This document shows, piece after piece, positions 30,280 through 38,879 of a DNA stretch of 40,222 bases. Source of the stretch: a virus; the UHGV virus genome UHGV-0123874; one strand, 5' to 3'. How positions within the stretch are numbered: the stretch's first letter is position 1; every line of letters starts with the position of its first letter. The position numbers were made by a program, and so were the translations under genes. The notes under the pieces are model-generated. The model saw only the letters and a list, made by a program, of their open reading frames with translations, was not told the origin of the DNA and searched no databases.

Positions 30280-30987
30280 ATGGTTCAGAATGAAAAAGTG
30301 CGCAAAGAATTCGCCCAGCGGCTAGCGCAAGCCTGTAAAGAAGCTGGTCTTGATGAACATGGTAGGGGAATGGCTATAGCCCGTGCCCTTTCTCTTTCGT
30401 CCAAAGGCGTTAGCAAATGGTTTAATGCTGAGTCTTTACCGCGTCAGGAAAAAATGAATGCGCTTGCGAAATTTCTAAACGTTGATGTTGTTTGGCTTCA
30501 GCACGGCACTTCGTTAAATGGAGCGAATGATGAAGATACTCTTTCATTTGTTGGCAAATTAAAAAAAGGGTTAGTGCGCGTGGTTGGTGAGGCAATTCTT
30601 GGTGTTGATGGTGCCATCGAGATGACCGAAGAACGCGATGGGTGGCTCAAGATTTATAGCGATGATCCAGATGCCTTTGGTCTTCGTGTGAAAGGAGACA
30701 GCATGTGGCCCAGAATAAAATCAGGAGAATATGTACTCATTGAGCCTAACACCAAAGTATTCCCGGGTGATGAGGTGTTTGTCAGAACCATCGAAGGACA
30801 CAACATGATCAAGATTCTTGGCTATGACAGAGATGGAGAATACCAATTTACAAGCATCAACCAGGACCACAGACCAATAACGTTGCCTTATCATCAAGTA
30901 GCAAAGGTGGAGTATGTGGCTGGTATTCTGAAGCAATCTCGCCATCTGGATGACATCGAGGCAAGGGAGTGGCTGAGAAATTATTAA
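30280..30987 (+). CDS. cI: CI-type repressor (HTH plus LexA-like S24 peptidase domain)
   Basis: 235 aa with an N-terminal DNA-binding region and a C-terminal autocleavage domain (GDSMWP ... K). Confidence 0.9.
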   Translation: MVQNEKVRKEFAQRLAQACKEAGLDEHGRGMAIARALSLSSKGVSKWFNAESLPRQEKMNALAKFLNVDVVWLQHGTSLNGANDEDTLSFVGKLKKGLVRVVGEAILGVDGAIEMTEERDGWLKIYSDDPDAFGLRVKGDSMWPRIKSGEYVLIEPNTKVFPGDEVFVRTIEGHNMIKILGYDRDGEYQFTSINQDHRPITLPYHQVAKVEYVAGILKQSRHLDDIEAREWLRNY

Positions 30988-31111
30988 TACCAATAGCATA
31001 GAGACGAAAATGCGACAGGTTTTAGGTACAAATCATAACCCTATCCACAAACAACGTTGTAAATATACACATAAGACTATTGTAAAAAAAGCTCTATCCC
31101 AGTAAATGCGG

Positions 31112-31140
31112 TTGCAAAATGGGTTGATCGAGCATATATA
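31112..31140 (+). promoter_or_regulatory. Candidate sigma70 promoter for the downstream cargo gene
   Basis: TTGCAA (31112..31117), 17-nt spacer, TATATA (31135..31140). It abuts the AGGAG of the next gene, so either the transcript is near-leaderless or the real promoter lies further upstream. Confidence 0.35.
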
Positions 31141-31153
31141 AGGAGTATAGTTA

Positions 31154-31516
31154 GTGACCCAAGATGAAACGAATGAATATCTGAAAACCTTAGCATTGGT
31201 TCCAAGTGCAGAGGCCTCCGCAGAGGAGAAGCAGATATATAGCGTCAAAAAGGCTGTAATCGGTCTGATTGAATTTGTTACAACCAGTCTTGAAGAGCTT
31301 GGAATTGAAGGGTTGCATGAGTTAACAAACCCATCTCTTGACGAATTAGATGCAGAGCTAGAGAAACTTGACCAAAAAGCTGATGCAATCAATGAACTAA
31401 ACTTAAAGCAAATCATCATATTTGCACAGATTTTAATCAAAAACATAAGAGAAAAGAATCCTGATTTGTGCTCTGAGGGATCAAAACTGCTCAAGAGTGC
31501 TAAATCGGGTCTTTGA
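31154..31516 (+). CDS. Hypothetical acidic helical protein (120 aa), cargo gene downstream of cI
   Basis: GTG start with AAGGAG 8 nt upstream. No TM segment, no recognisable catalytic motif. Local sequence is markedly AT-rich. Confidence 0.6.
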   Translation: MTQDETNEYLKTLALVPSAEASAEEKQIYSVKKAVIGLIEFVTTSLEELGIEGLHELTNPSLDELDAELEKLDQKADAINELNLKQIIIFAQILIKNIREKNPDLCSEGSKLLKSAKSGL

Positions 31517-31539
31517 TACTTACAGAGCGGAGGATAAAC

Positions 31540-31662
31540 ATGTCTAGAACTGAACATATCAAAGATATGCTTAAAAGTGCGGATCGAATCAATCAGATTA
31601 TTGCTGAAATGAAGCAGAGAAAAGCAGAAATGCTAGCATCAAAGCTTCCAATGGCAGCATAA
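31540..31662 (+). CDS. Small hypothetical protein (40 aa) co-oriented with the 120-aa gene
   Basis: MSRTEHIKDMLKSADRINQIIAEMKQRKAEMLASKLPMAA, GGAGGA 6 nt upstream of ATG; directly followed by a terminator. Confidence 0.4.
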   Translation: MSRTEHIKDMLKSADRINQIIAEMKQRKAEMLASKLPMAA

Positions 31663-31667
31663 CCAAA

Positions 31668-31694
31668 AACACCCGCTTCGGCGGGTTTTCTTAT
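31668..31694 (+). terminator. Intrinsic terminator closing the cI-downstream cassette
   Basis: ACCCGCTTCGGCGGGT followed by TTTCTTATT. Confidence 0.7.
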
Positions 31695-31964
31695 TCCCCT
31701 AAAAAGATCAAACAACTCCACATTAGCTTTTTTGTGCCCACAGTTTTCTACCTAGCAGTTTTCTTTGCCTCCCGATCCACCATCTAAAAACACATAACCA
31801 ATTGTATTTATTGAAAAATAAATAGATACAACTTGCTAAACCACGCAATTCTGATCCCTGCCGCATAACCTTCATCCGCAACATTTACAAAAATAAATTT
31901 CCTTATATATCAAAATCATATTTCGTAGAGTTAATAAATCATAAACGATTCGTACCAATAGTTC

Positions 31965-31993
31965 TTGATAATACCGAACTACTGGTTCATTAT
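31965..31993 (+). promoter_or_regulatory. Candidate PL promoter
   Basis: TTGATA (31965..31970), 17-nt spacer, CATTAT (31988..31993), about 45 nt upstream of nutL. A GAAC...GTTC palindrome lies in the spacer. Confidence 0.45.
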
Positions 31994-32040
31994 TATCGCC
32001 ATCAGCAGGACGTTGGAAGCCAAACGGAACAGATTGGCGG

Positions 32041-32074
32041 GCTCTTTAACTTCGATGGGGCGCTGACAAAGCGC
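32041..32074 (+). promoter_or_regulatory. nutL: boxA plus P22-type boxB
   Basis: GCTCTTTAA (32041..32049) followed by GCGCTGACAAAGCGC (32060..32074), which matches the P22 boxB sequence. Confidence 0.7.
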
Positions 32075-32193
32075 AAACAGATACCAAACGAGATGGGTTT
32101 GGCGGTGATGTGAATTGCAGCAGCAACGACAGCAACCAGAAGATCAGCATCTGGCGCATTACCACCAAAGCCATTTCACATGAGGAAAACATC

Positions 32194-32502
32194 ATGACGG
32201 TAATCGTGTACGGAAAATCAACATTTGCAGGAAATGCCAAAACTCGCCGTCATGAGCGGCGCAGAAAGCTGGCTATCGAGCGTGATTCCATCTGCAACAT
32301 CATCGATTCGATCTTCGGCACAGACAGTGAGGAACCTGTTCAGGAAGCCCCGAGAAAACGTTTAAGTCTTTCTGAAAAAGCAATATCACTCGGCAACATT
32401 CGTAACCAAAATACCGACGAATGCAGTGGAAGTATTTGCCTGCCAAACGTAGCCATTTACTCGGCAGGCTACCGGAAATCCAAACAACTGACAGCGAGGT
32501 AA
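32194..32502 (+). CDS. N: N-type antiterminator (P22 gene 24-like)
   Basis: From internal ATG (GAGGA upstream): MTVIVYGKSTFAGNAKTRRHERRRKLAIER..., matching the P22 N arginine-rich motif; C-terminus ...AGYRKSKQLTAR. Confidence 0.85.
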   Translation: MTVIVYGKSTFAGNAKTRRHERRRKLAIERDSICNIIDSIFGTDSEEPVQEAPRKRLSLSEKAISLGNIRNQNTDECSGSICLPNVAIYSAGYRKSKQLTAR

Positions 32503-32504
32503 TT

Positions 32505-32957
32505 ATGGATCTAAGTAAATTAGAAAGCTCTTTAGAAGCATCAGTAAAAAATTTTATATCAGTAATTGATGAAAAAACTGAAGATATTAAGAAAGCAACT
32601 ATTGCAGAACTTATTCAAACAAGAGCCAGTACATTTGATCATCTTCCTGATGATGTCCGGTCAGCGGCAATTCGCGTATATGTAACGGCACTAAGCAATA
32701 TTGAACCACCAATTGATGAAGAATCAAGAGATATTCAGAGAAAACGGTTTGAGATGTTAGCCAGCAACATTATCGCGGGTTTTACACAGCTCTTAACAAA
32801 AGAGCCTGCCAGTGAAGCTGTTCGCCAGCAGGCTCAGGTAATGATTAATCAGGCAGAAACTATTTCACGTGAGCGAAAAGAGTTTCGTAAAAGGGTTTCT
32901 GAGCTTCAAGCACCTCAACCGCAGCCGCTGAACCCTCCTTCTCAACAAACTGAATAA
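32505..32957 (+). CDS. Hypothetical protein (150 aa) downstream of N
   Basis: ORF trimmed to the ATG immediately after the N stop (MDLSKLESSLEASV...). Helical, no motif recognised. Confidence 0.55.
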   Translation: MDLSKLESSLEASVKNFISVIDEKTEDIKKATIAELIQTRASTFDHLPDDVRSAAIRVYVTALSNIEPPIDEESRDIQRKRFEMLASNIIAGFTQLLTKEPASEAVRQQAQVMINQAETISRERKEFRKRVSELQAPQPQPLNPPSQQTE

Positions 32958-33114
32958 CTTCATCAAGATGCTTTTTTGCATGTGATGATTGCTCAGGTGG
33001 CATAGCAGAAACAATCGAAATGATTGCTTGCTGGAGCGCGAGGTTTTCAGTGCTCAGTTTTGAAACTCTGTCGTTTAAATCCTCAATGATTTTAACAAGA
33101 GATACATCTGACAT
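32860..33114 (-). CDS. Hypothetical protein (84 aa) encoded convergently inside the early-left operon
   Basis: Internal ATG at 33114 with AAGGAG 5 nt upstream (MSDVSLVKIIEDLNDRVSKLSTENLALQQ...). Its 3' end overlaps the preceding plus-strand ORF by about 98 bp. Confidence 0.4.
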   Translation of the reverse strand: MSDVSLVKIIEDLNDRVSKLSTENLALQQAIISIVSAMPPEQSSHAKKHLDEVIQFVEKEGSAAAVEVLEAQKPFYETLFAHVK

Positions 33115-33323
33115 GTGAACTCCTTCTTTTGACTGTGGAAACAACAGTCTACCCATTTCCTTTGACTGTGGAAAGTGAAGGAACCACCGAGCCTGATGTG
33201 GTTAAAAGACAGGCACAATCTTTACTACCGCAATCCACTATTTAAGGTGATATATGGAAGAAGAATTTGAAGAGTTCGAAGAGCATCCGCAGGATGTGAT
33301 GGAACAATACCAGGACTATCCTT

Positions 33324-33524
33324 ATGACTACGACTATTGATAAAAATCAATGGTGTGGACAATTCAAGCGATGCAATGGATGCAAGCTGCAATCGGAATG
33401 CATGGTTAAGCCTGAAGAAATGTTTCCTGTAATGGAGGATGGGAAATATGTCGATAAATGGGCAATACGAACGACGGCAATGATTGCCAGAGAACTTGGT
33501 AAACAGAATAACAAGGCTGCCTGA
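33324..33524 (+). CDS. Hypothetical protein (66 aa)
   Basis: Track ORF; contains CGQFKRCNGCKLQSEC (a possible zinc ribbon). Confidence 0.45.
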   Translation: MTTTIDKNQWCGQFKRCNGCKLQSECMVKPEEMFPVMEDGKYVDKWAIRTTAMIARELGKQNNKAA

Positions 33525-33563
33525 CGGTGGCCTTTATTTTTGGCATAAACAACAGAGGCTAAC

Positions 33564-33860
33564 ATGGAATTTAAAGGTACTGAAGGTAAGTGGGAAATAA
33601 TGATGGATGGCGATGAGATTAAAATCATCCAGGCAGACTCACTTGAAAATGGCGCAGGCTGGCGTTCGTATATTGCAATCTGTGAGGAAGTTCAATGCAT
33701 TGAAGATGCCAATCTAATAGCGGCAGCACCTGACCTTCTCGAAGCACTTCAGTTATTACTTAAGCAAACCAAAAATAGAACAACGACAACATATCCAGAA
33801 TGGTATGGAGCTGTTAATAAAGGTCTCACAGCAATCAGAAAAGCCATAGGTGATGAGTAA
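33564..33860 (+). CDS. Hypothetical protein (98 aa)
   Basis: Track ORF in the early-left operon; no motif recognised. Confidence 0.5.
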   Translation: MEFKGTEGKWEIMMDGDEIKIIQADSLENGAGWRSYIAICEEVQCIEDANLIAAAPDLLEALQLLLKQTKNRTTTTYPEWYGAVNKGLTAIRKAIGDE

Positions 33861-34018
33861 TGAATAAGAAATACATCGTTGAAGTTATAGAGCGAGAAAC
33901 GAAAGAAGTAATTAAACATTTCGAATTTGATAATTATAGAAAAGCTGACCGCGTAGAAGAAGGATTGTTGCGACAAAGTAATCTCGAAAAATTTGATGTT
34001 GTCATGCGATGCGAATAA
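33860..34018 (+). CDS. Small hypothetical protein (52 aa)
   Basis: Manual ORF MNKKYIVEVIERETKEVIKHFEFDNYRKADRVEEGLLRQSNLEKFDVVMRCE; its ATG overlaps the previous stop. Confidence 0.35.
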   Translation: MNKKYIVEVIERETKEVIKHFEFDNYRKADRVEEGLLRQSNLEKFDVVMRCE

Positions 34019-34201
34019 GCGCCTATAGCAGATTTACGAGTCTGCTATGTGAGCAATGTCGCTCGTAACTAAACAGGAGCCGACTTGTTCTGATTATTGG
34101 AAATCTTCTTTGCCCTCCAGTGTGAGGGCCTTTTTATATGCATACCAATAACGCTTCACTCGAGGCGTTTTCGTTATGCAATCAAAAAGAAGGAGCATCC
34201 T

Positions 34202-34372
34202 ATGCAACAGTTCGCTATTGCAGGGGCGGCATCGGTTCGCCCTTTCAACCCGATTTTATCGGTACAGCATTCACGAAAAAATATTTTAACCGGAGCAGAC
34301 TTTAAACAACCAAGAATGAAAAGTTTGCTCGAAAAGCTTTGGGATATTTTGAAACAACAAGGCCGTCCATGA
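34202..34372 (+). CDS. Small hypothetical protein (56 aa), kil/arf-position
   Basis: Track ORF trimmed to ATG preceded by AAGGAG (MQQFAIAGAASVRPFNPIL...). Confidence 0.4.
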   Translation: MQQFAIAGAASVRPFNPILSVQHSRKNILTGADFKQPRMKSLLEKLWDILKQQGRP

Positions 34373-34527
34373 GTTTTACAGATAACTGGTCAGACGAAGA
34401 ATTCATTCGTCATATGAAAGAATTAATCGGTAACGAAGGAGATATTCATGTCACTTGCAACCACAGTGAAGGAGAGCAAGTTACAGAGACGCATGTACAC
34501 GCAGAAAGCTCTCTGGTATCGCCATAA
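34369..34527 (+). CDS. Small hypothetical protein (52 aa) immediately upstream of erf
   Basis: ATGA overlap with previous ORF (MSFTDNWSDEEFIRHMKELIG...). Confidence 0.4.
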   Translation: MSFTDNWSDEEFIRHMKELIGNEGDIHVTCNHSEGEQVTETHVHAESSLVSP

Positions 34528-34628
34528 TGGCGACCGCGAAGGAATGCGGGTATGCCTTAATTTGTCCCGAGTCGAAGTATTAAATCAGCGTTATTTTCTT
34601 GGGCCGTGTCCATTCTGAGATCAAACAT

Positions 34629-35234
34629 ATGAGCAAAGAATTTTATGCAAGGCTGGCAGCCATTCAGGGGAATCTGAACGCGCCAAAGAATCAGTACAAC
34701 TCATTCGGTAAATATAAATACAGAAGCTGCGAGGACATTCTTGAAGGCGTTAAGCCGTTACTGAATGGCCTGTTTTTATCAATCAGCGATGAAGTTGTGT
34801 TGATTGGTGATCGGTATTACGTGAAAGCAACGGCAACTATTACTGATGGCGAAAACAGTCATACAGCAACCGCTCTTGCACGAGAGGAAGAAAGCAAGAA
34901 AGGAATGGATTCTGCACAAGTTACGGGAGCTACAAGCTCTTATGCACGCAAGTATTGCCTCAATGGTTTGTTCGGCATTGATGATGCGAAAGATGCAGAT
35001 ACCGACGAGCATAAACATCAGCAGAACGCAGCAGCAAAGCAATCAAAACCATCACCTACACCTGAACAGGTTCTAAAAGCATTCACTGACGCAGCATTGC
35101 AGAAAAACACCGTGGAAGAGCTTAAACAGGCGTTCGCCAAAGCGTGGAAGATGCTCGAAGGCACACCGGAGCAGCACAAAGCGCAGGACGTTTACAACAT
35201 CAGACGAGACGAATTAGAAGGAGCAGCTGCTTAA
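34629..35234 (+). CDS. erf: Erf single-strand annealing recombinase
   Basis: MSKEFYARLAAIQGNLNAPKNQYNSFGKYKYRSCEDILEGVKPLLNGLFLSISDEVVLIGDRYYVKATATITDGENSH... is near-identical to the P22 Erf N-terminal domain. Confidence 0.9.
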   Translation: MSKEFYARLAAIQGNLNAPKNQYNSFGKYKYRSCEDILEGVKPLLNGLFLSISDEVVLIGDRYYVKATATITDGENSHTATALAREEESKKGMDSAQVTGATSSYARKYCLNGLFGIDDAKDADTDEHKHQQNAAAKQSKPSPTPEQVLKAFTDAALQKNTVEELKQAFAKAWKMLEGTPEQHKAQDVYNIRRDELEGAAA

Positions 35235-35617
35235 TGGCACATTCGATTACTGTAAGACTAAACAAGCCCGCAAGAGAGTTTCAGGCCGGGGAAAATATCG
35301 GATTCAACATCCGTGCTGGCGTTCAGTATTACGATCGCCAGACAAAAAAGAAAGAATGGACAAACTACAGCGCCGTTGTATTTGCCAAGCCGGGAGCGCA
35401 AGCGGATTACTACCGTAGTGTTCTTGTTGAAGGTGGCATTGTTGAAATTACCGGAGAAAACATCAGGGTTGATATTTATCAGGGGCAAAATGGTCAATCA
35501 ATCACTCTTGAATTACTGAATGCAAAGATTGGATTTGCAGCTTCAGGAAATGGCCAGCAGCAGCAAAGTAGTAACCAGCAGAACACTCCTGTATACGACG
35601 ATTCCATCCCATTCTGA
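35234..35617 (+). CDS. Single-stranded DNA-binding protein (OB-fold) with SSB-type acidic tail
   Basis: 127 aa from the ATG overlapping the erf stop. C-terminus ...QQNTPVYDDSIPF mirrors the SSB DDDIPF tail, preceded by a Gly/Gln-rich linker. Confidence 0.65.
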   Translation: MAHSITVRLNKPAREFQAGENIGFNIRAGVQYYDRQTKKKEWTNYSAVVFAKPGAQADYYRSVLVEGGIVEITGENIRVDIYQGQNGQSITLELLNAKIGFAASGNGQQQQSSNQQNTPVYDDSIPF

Positions 35618-35640
35618 TTCAGAAAAATAAGGATTTAATC

Positions 35641-35937
35641 ATGCCAGCGCCTCTGTATGGTGCGGACGACCCGCGCAACTGCTCCGGTAGCTCCAAGGCG
35701 GAGGTGCTGGAAAATATCAAAAACATTTTCGACACGTTTATTGATCTGCCACCAGAAACAAAAGCAGAACGGATGTTCCGACGCGATATACAACTCGCGT
35801 TAAAACAGGAGAAGGACCGAACAAACGAAACAGCAATGAGACCGTTGCGAAAAGCGACAATAGACAAATTCCCTGAATATATCGACCCGCGCCTGCGTAA
35901 TTACCGCTCACGCTATGGCGCTATCAGTAATGACTGA
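35641..35937 (+). CDS. Hypothetical protein (98 aa)
   Basis: Track ORF; no motif recognised. Confidence 0.5.
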   Translation: MPAPLYGADDPRNCSGSSKAEVLENIKNIFDTFIDLPPETKAERMFRRDIQLALKQEKDRTNETAMRPLRKATIDKFPEYIDPRLRNYRSRYGAISND

Positions 35938-35947
35938 GGAATTTACC

Positions 35948-36112
35948 ATGAGAGGACTTGCATACAATCCCGGCATTCTTCCGGCAGAAATGATTATTCG
36001 CCAACGCGTAAAGCCAACGCCATCGAGAGAGGAATTACTTAAGAGAAATTCTTTTCCATCAGTGAATCAAAACAAATATCTGAATGCGATGTGGCGGAGT
36101 GGGAAGAAATGA
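35948..36112 (+). CDS. Small hypothetical protein (54 aa)
   Basis: Track ORF trimmed to ATG preceded by GAGGAA. Confidence 0.35.
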   Translation: MRGLAYNPGILPAEMIIRQRVKPTPSREELLKRNSFPSVNQNKYLNAMWRSGKK

Positions 36113-36543
36113 AACAAATGTCACTAATTGAGATGGATGGATTTCTGAAAGGTAAATGCATCCCACGAGATTTAAAGGTTAACGAAACAAACGCTGAATA
36201 TCTGGTGCGTAAATTTGCTGAAGCGGAGGCCAAGTGCGCGGCGCTGGCGGCGGAGAATGCGGGGCTGAAGTCTGGCGCTATGGACGAAATCAAGGTTATC
36301 AACCGTGGAGGTCAGGCATATTGCGTAAAAGATGGAGTGCGAGTTAATCCCATGTATGCAAGAGGGTGGAATGACTATCGCGCAAAGTCTCTGCAATCAG
36401 ACACCCCAGCCACCGATGCTTTCCTGGCTGAAATTCGTGCACAGGGGGTTGAGATGTTTGCTGACAATCTGTTGTGTCCAGACCTTGATGGCACTATCCG
36501 TGACTTTGCTGCCCAGCTTCGCAAAGGAGTAGGGCAAAAATGA
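36109..36543 (+). CDS. Hypothetical protein (about 144 aa)
   Basis: Track ORF trimmed to the ATG overlapping the upstream stop ([15 protein letters not shown]...). Confidence 0.5.
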   Translation: MKQMSLIEMDGFLKGKCIPRDLKVNETNAEYLVRKFAEAEAKCAALAAENAGLKSGAMDEIKVINRGGQAYCVKDGVRVNPMYARGWNDYRAKSLQSDTPATDAFLAEIRAQGVEMFADNLLCPDLDGTIRDFAAQLRKGVGQK

Positions 36544-36857
36544 CAATCACAAAACAACGAGTAGAAGAAATCATATCGCGCATTGAAATGTATGGGCATG
36601 GTGCAGGGTATACCGCCGAAGAGGTTTATGACCTTGCTGTACTGGCGCTGAATTTATCAAATATCGCAAAACTCAAGCGATACGAGCTTGATATGGATGG
36701 TTGTGACTCGTTCGGTCAGGATTGTGGCGCTGACATGACTGAAGATTCTGATGGCGATTATGTCCTGTTTGATGACGTGGTTAAGTTGTTTGAGTTTGAT
36801 ACAACCACTCAGAAGTTAGAAGGCCAAGCAAAGGAGGCAAACAGTGAGCAAGATTGA
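36540..36857 (+). CDS. Hypothetical acidic protein (105 aa)
   Basis: Track ORF; overlapping start/stop with neighbours. Confidence 0.5.
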   Translation: MTITKQRVEEIISRIEMYGHGAGYTAEEVYDLAVLALNLSNIAKLKRYELDMDGCDSFGQDCGADMTEDSDGDYVLFDDVVKLFEFDTTTQKLEGQAKEANSEQD

Positions 36858-37572
36858 CTATCAGGTACTGCGTGCCAAGGCAGAAAAAGCAACGTGTGGT
36901 GTATGGTCGCTCGAATATGGAGAGGGCCGATTTGATGGTGATGATGCGCTAATTCATCGCGAGGATGCTGGATATATTCCCATTTGCAGAATTGAAGGAG
37001 CGCATCCTGAAAGCGGTTTCGATGAAGATTTCCAAATGGAACAGCAGGCCAATGCTGAATTCATCGCTGCAGCCAATCCGGCTACCGTCTTGGCGCTGCT
37101 GGATGAGCTGGAAAGAAACCAGCAATACATCAAACGCCGCGACCAGGAGAACGAGGATATTGCGCTAACGGTGGGGAAACTGCGTGTTGAGCTGGAAGGC
37201 AAAGACAGCAAAATAGCCAATCTTACCGCCGAACGCGATGCTCTTCGTGAAGGTGAGATGGGCGACGCTAGGCATAGCAACACACGGGCCGCAGCTGATA
37301 TCTACTTCCAACTGGTCGAGGAGTGCGAAATTCCTGCTGGCGGTTCTCTGGTCGAGTACGTTGACGATATGCGCGAGAAGCTGGAAGCCGCAGAGAAGCG
37401 CATAGCAGAACTGTCTGCTAGCCACAGAAAATTGCGCAACACAATGGCTGGCATCCACAACACAATCCGAATGGATGGCGGCTATACGCCACTGGCAGCA
37501 ATCCTTAACGCTGCTAAACGCGCATATGAAGAATCAGCAAGCGCAGCTGGCTTTCGCATCAAAGGAGAGTGA
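36844..37572 (+). CDS. Coiled-coil protein, possibly Ead/Ea22-like
   Basis: 242 aa with a long central heptad-rich region; family assignment is from memory of prophage annotations, not a search. Confidence 0.45.
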   Translation: MSKIDYQVLRAKAEKATCGVWSLEYGEGRFDGDDALIHREDAGYIPICRIEGAHPESGFDEDFQMEQQANAEFIAAANPATVLALLDELERNQQYIKRRDQENEDIALTVGKLRVELEGKDSKIANLTAERDALREGEMGDARHSNTRAAADIYFQLVEECEIPAGGSLVEYVDDMREKLEAAEKRIAELSASHRKLRNTMAGIHNTIRMDGGYTPLAAILNAAKRAYEESASAAGFRIKGE

Positions 37573-37573
37573 T

Positions 37574-38545
37574 ATGACCACTATGACCAAAGAGCGACTA
37601 CTGACAATCAAGCAGTGGCGCGAAACATACGGACCTGGTAGCAACGTTGTACTGCCAGCAGAAGAAGCGGAAGAACTGGCACGAATTGCACTGGCATCAC
37701 TGGAGCAGAATGTACTATCGGGCAACTCTCCGCTTATTCCTGGTGAAGTGTTGTCCGCAATCCGGGAGGTTGCCAGGATTCGTGCCGATTTCGATGATTT
37801 TGACGGTGACAGGCGAGGTATCGGTGATTGTCTGGATGAGGCCGAGCAAGAGCTTATCGTTACCATTAACAAATATGCCAGTCAGTTGGCAGCAGAACCG
37901 ATAGCGACTAATGACGTTCGAGAGCAAACACCCGTTCCGCCAATACAGGCTGATGTCGCGCAAGCAATTGAAAATCTCAAGCAGAAGTTAGTGGAATGCA
38001 ATCGCTATAACTACTGCGCAGATGCAGTGAAGAACGTTGAGGATGCCTGCCACGCTGCCATGCTTCAGGGTAGCCAACCTGTAAGCCAAACTTACAAGTT
38101 GCCAGTTAATACACCTTGCCAAGATGCGCCAGCCCATATCTGGCTGCAAACAGCTGGAGTATGGCCAGAAGATGGCGAGTTAAGCGAATTAACGTGGTGC
38201 AGCCACAATCAGCACCATGATGACACGCTATATGTTCGAGCTGACCTTGTGAATGGCAACTATCCGGTAACTCCGGATGGTTGGATAAGCTGTAGTGAGC
38301 GAATGCCTGTAATCGGCGAGCTAAATTGGAGAACTAGTTTTCCTTTGCTGATTACGTGTGAGATCGGCGTTATACCAGCTTATTACGGCTTTGTGAGCGT
38401 TAATGGGAATAAGCATTATGGTTTTATGGAGAGTCTTAAATACGGAGACGATAACGGCAACCATCCTCAAACTAATGAATATGGTCTGATTAGCAATGTC
38501 ACACACTGGATGCCACTACCAGAACCGCCGCAGGAGGCAAAATGA
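37574..38545 (+). CDS. Hypothetical protein with DUF551-like C-terminal region
   Basis: From ATG after AAAGGAGAG (MTTMTKERLLTIKQWRE...). C-terminal ...VTHWMPLPEPP resembles the DUF551 signature common in enterobacterial prophages. Confidence 0.5.
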   Translation: MTTMTKERLLTIKQWRETYGPGSNVVLPAEEAEELARIALASLEQNVLSGNSPLIPGEVLSAIREVARIRADFDDFDGDRRGIGDCLDEAEQELIVTINKYASQLAAEPIATNDVREQTPVPPIQADVAQAIENLKQKLVECNRYNYCADAVKNVEDACHAAMLQGSQPVSQTYKLPVNTPCQDAPAHIWLQTAGVWPEDGELSELTWCSHNQHHDDTLYVRADLVNGNYPVTPDGWISCSERMPVIGELNWRTSFPLLITCEIGVIPAYYGFVSVNGNKHYGFMESLKYGDDNGNHPQTNEYGLISNVTHWMPLPEPPQEAK

Positions 38546-38802
38546 TGGATGTAAAAGAGAAGGTTTTGCAGGTGATGCGTTCCCGTTCTGCCCTGCAAGA
38601 GAAAGCTCTCGGCGGGGAATATCCATTCACGATAGCAACCTGGAATCTGCGGTTGGCAATGGAGAAGGAATTTCCTGATGAAGAATGGCGTTCGGCAGAT
38701 TTGCGCAAAATTCTTATGGAGTTGGCTAAAGACGGAGCAGTATCCAAAGATACCTATGCCAGCCGGATTGGTCAGGCGGTATGGAGACTGGAGGTGCGGT
38801 AA
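38542..38802 (+). CDS. Hypothetical protein (86 aa)
   Basis: Track ORF; ATGA overlap with upstream gene. Confidence 0.5.
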   Translation: MMDVKEKVLQVMRSRSALQEKALGGEYPFTIATWNLRLAMEKEFPDEEWRSADLRKILMELAKDGAVSKDTYASRIGQAVWRLEVR

Positions 38803-38879
38803 TGGCTAACCTGCAACTTGCCGTCAAAGGTGAATAACAATCCTCGCACTCGCGGGGATTTCTTTTATATGGGGATAAT

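Noticed and set aside
31033..31557. 174-aa minus-strand ORF overlapping the cI-downstream cargo gene
   Set aside because: Low-complexity Ser/Phe-rich translation of the antisense strand of an AT-rich gene; the plus-strand gene has a strong SD and terminator.
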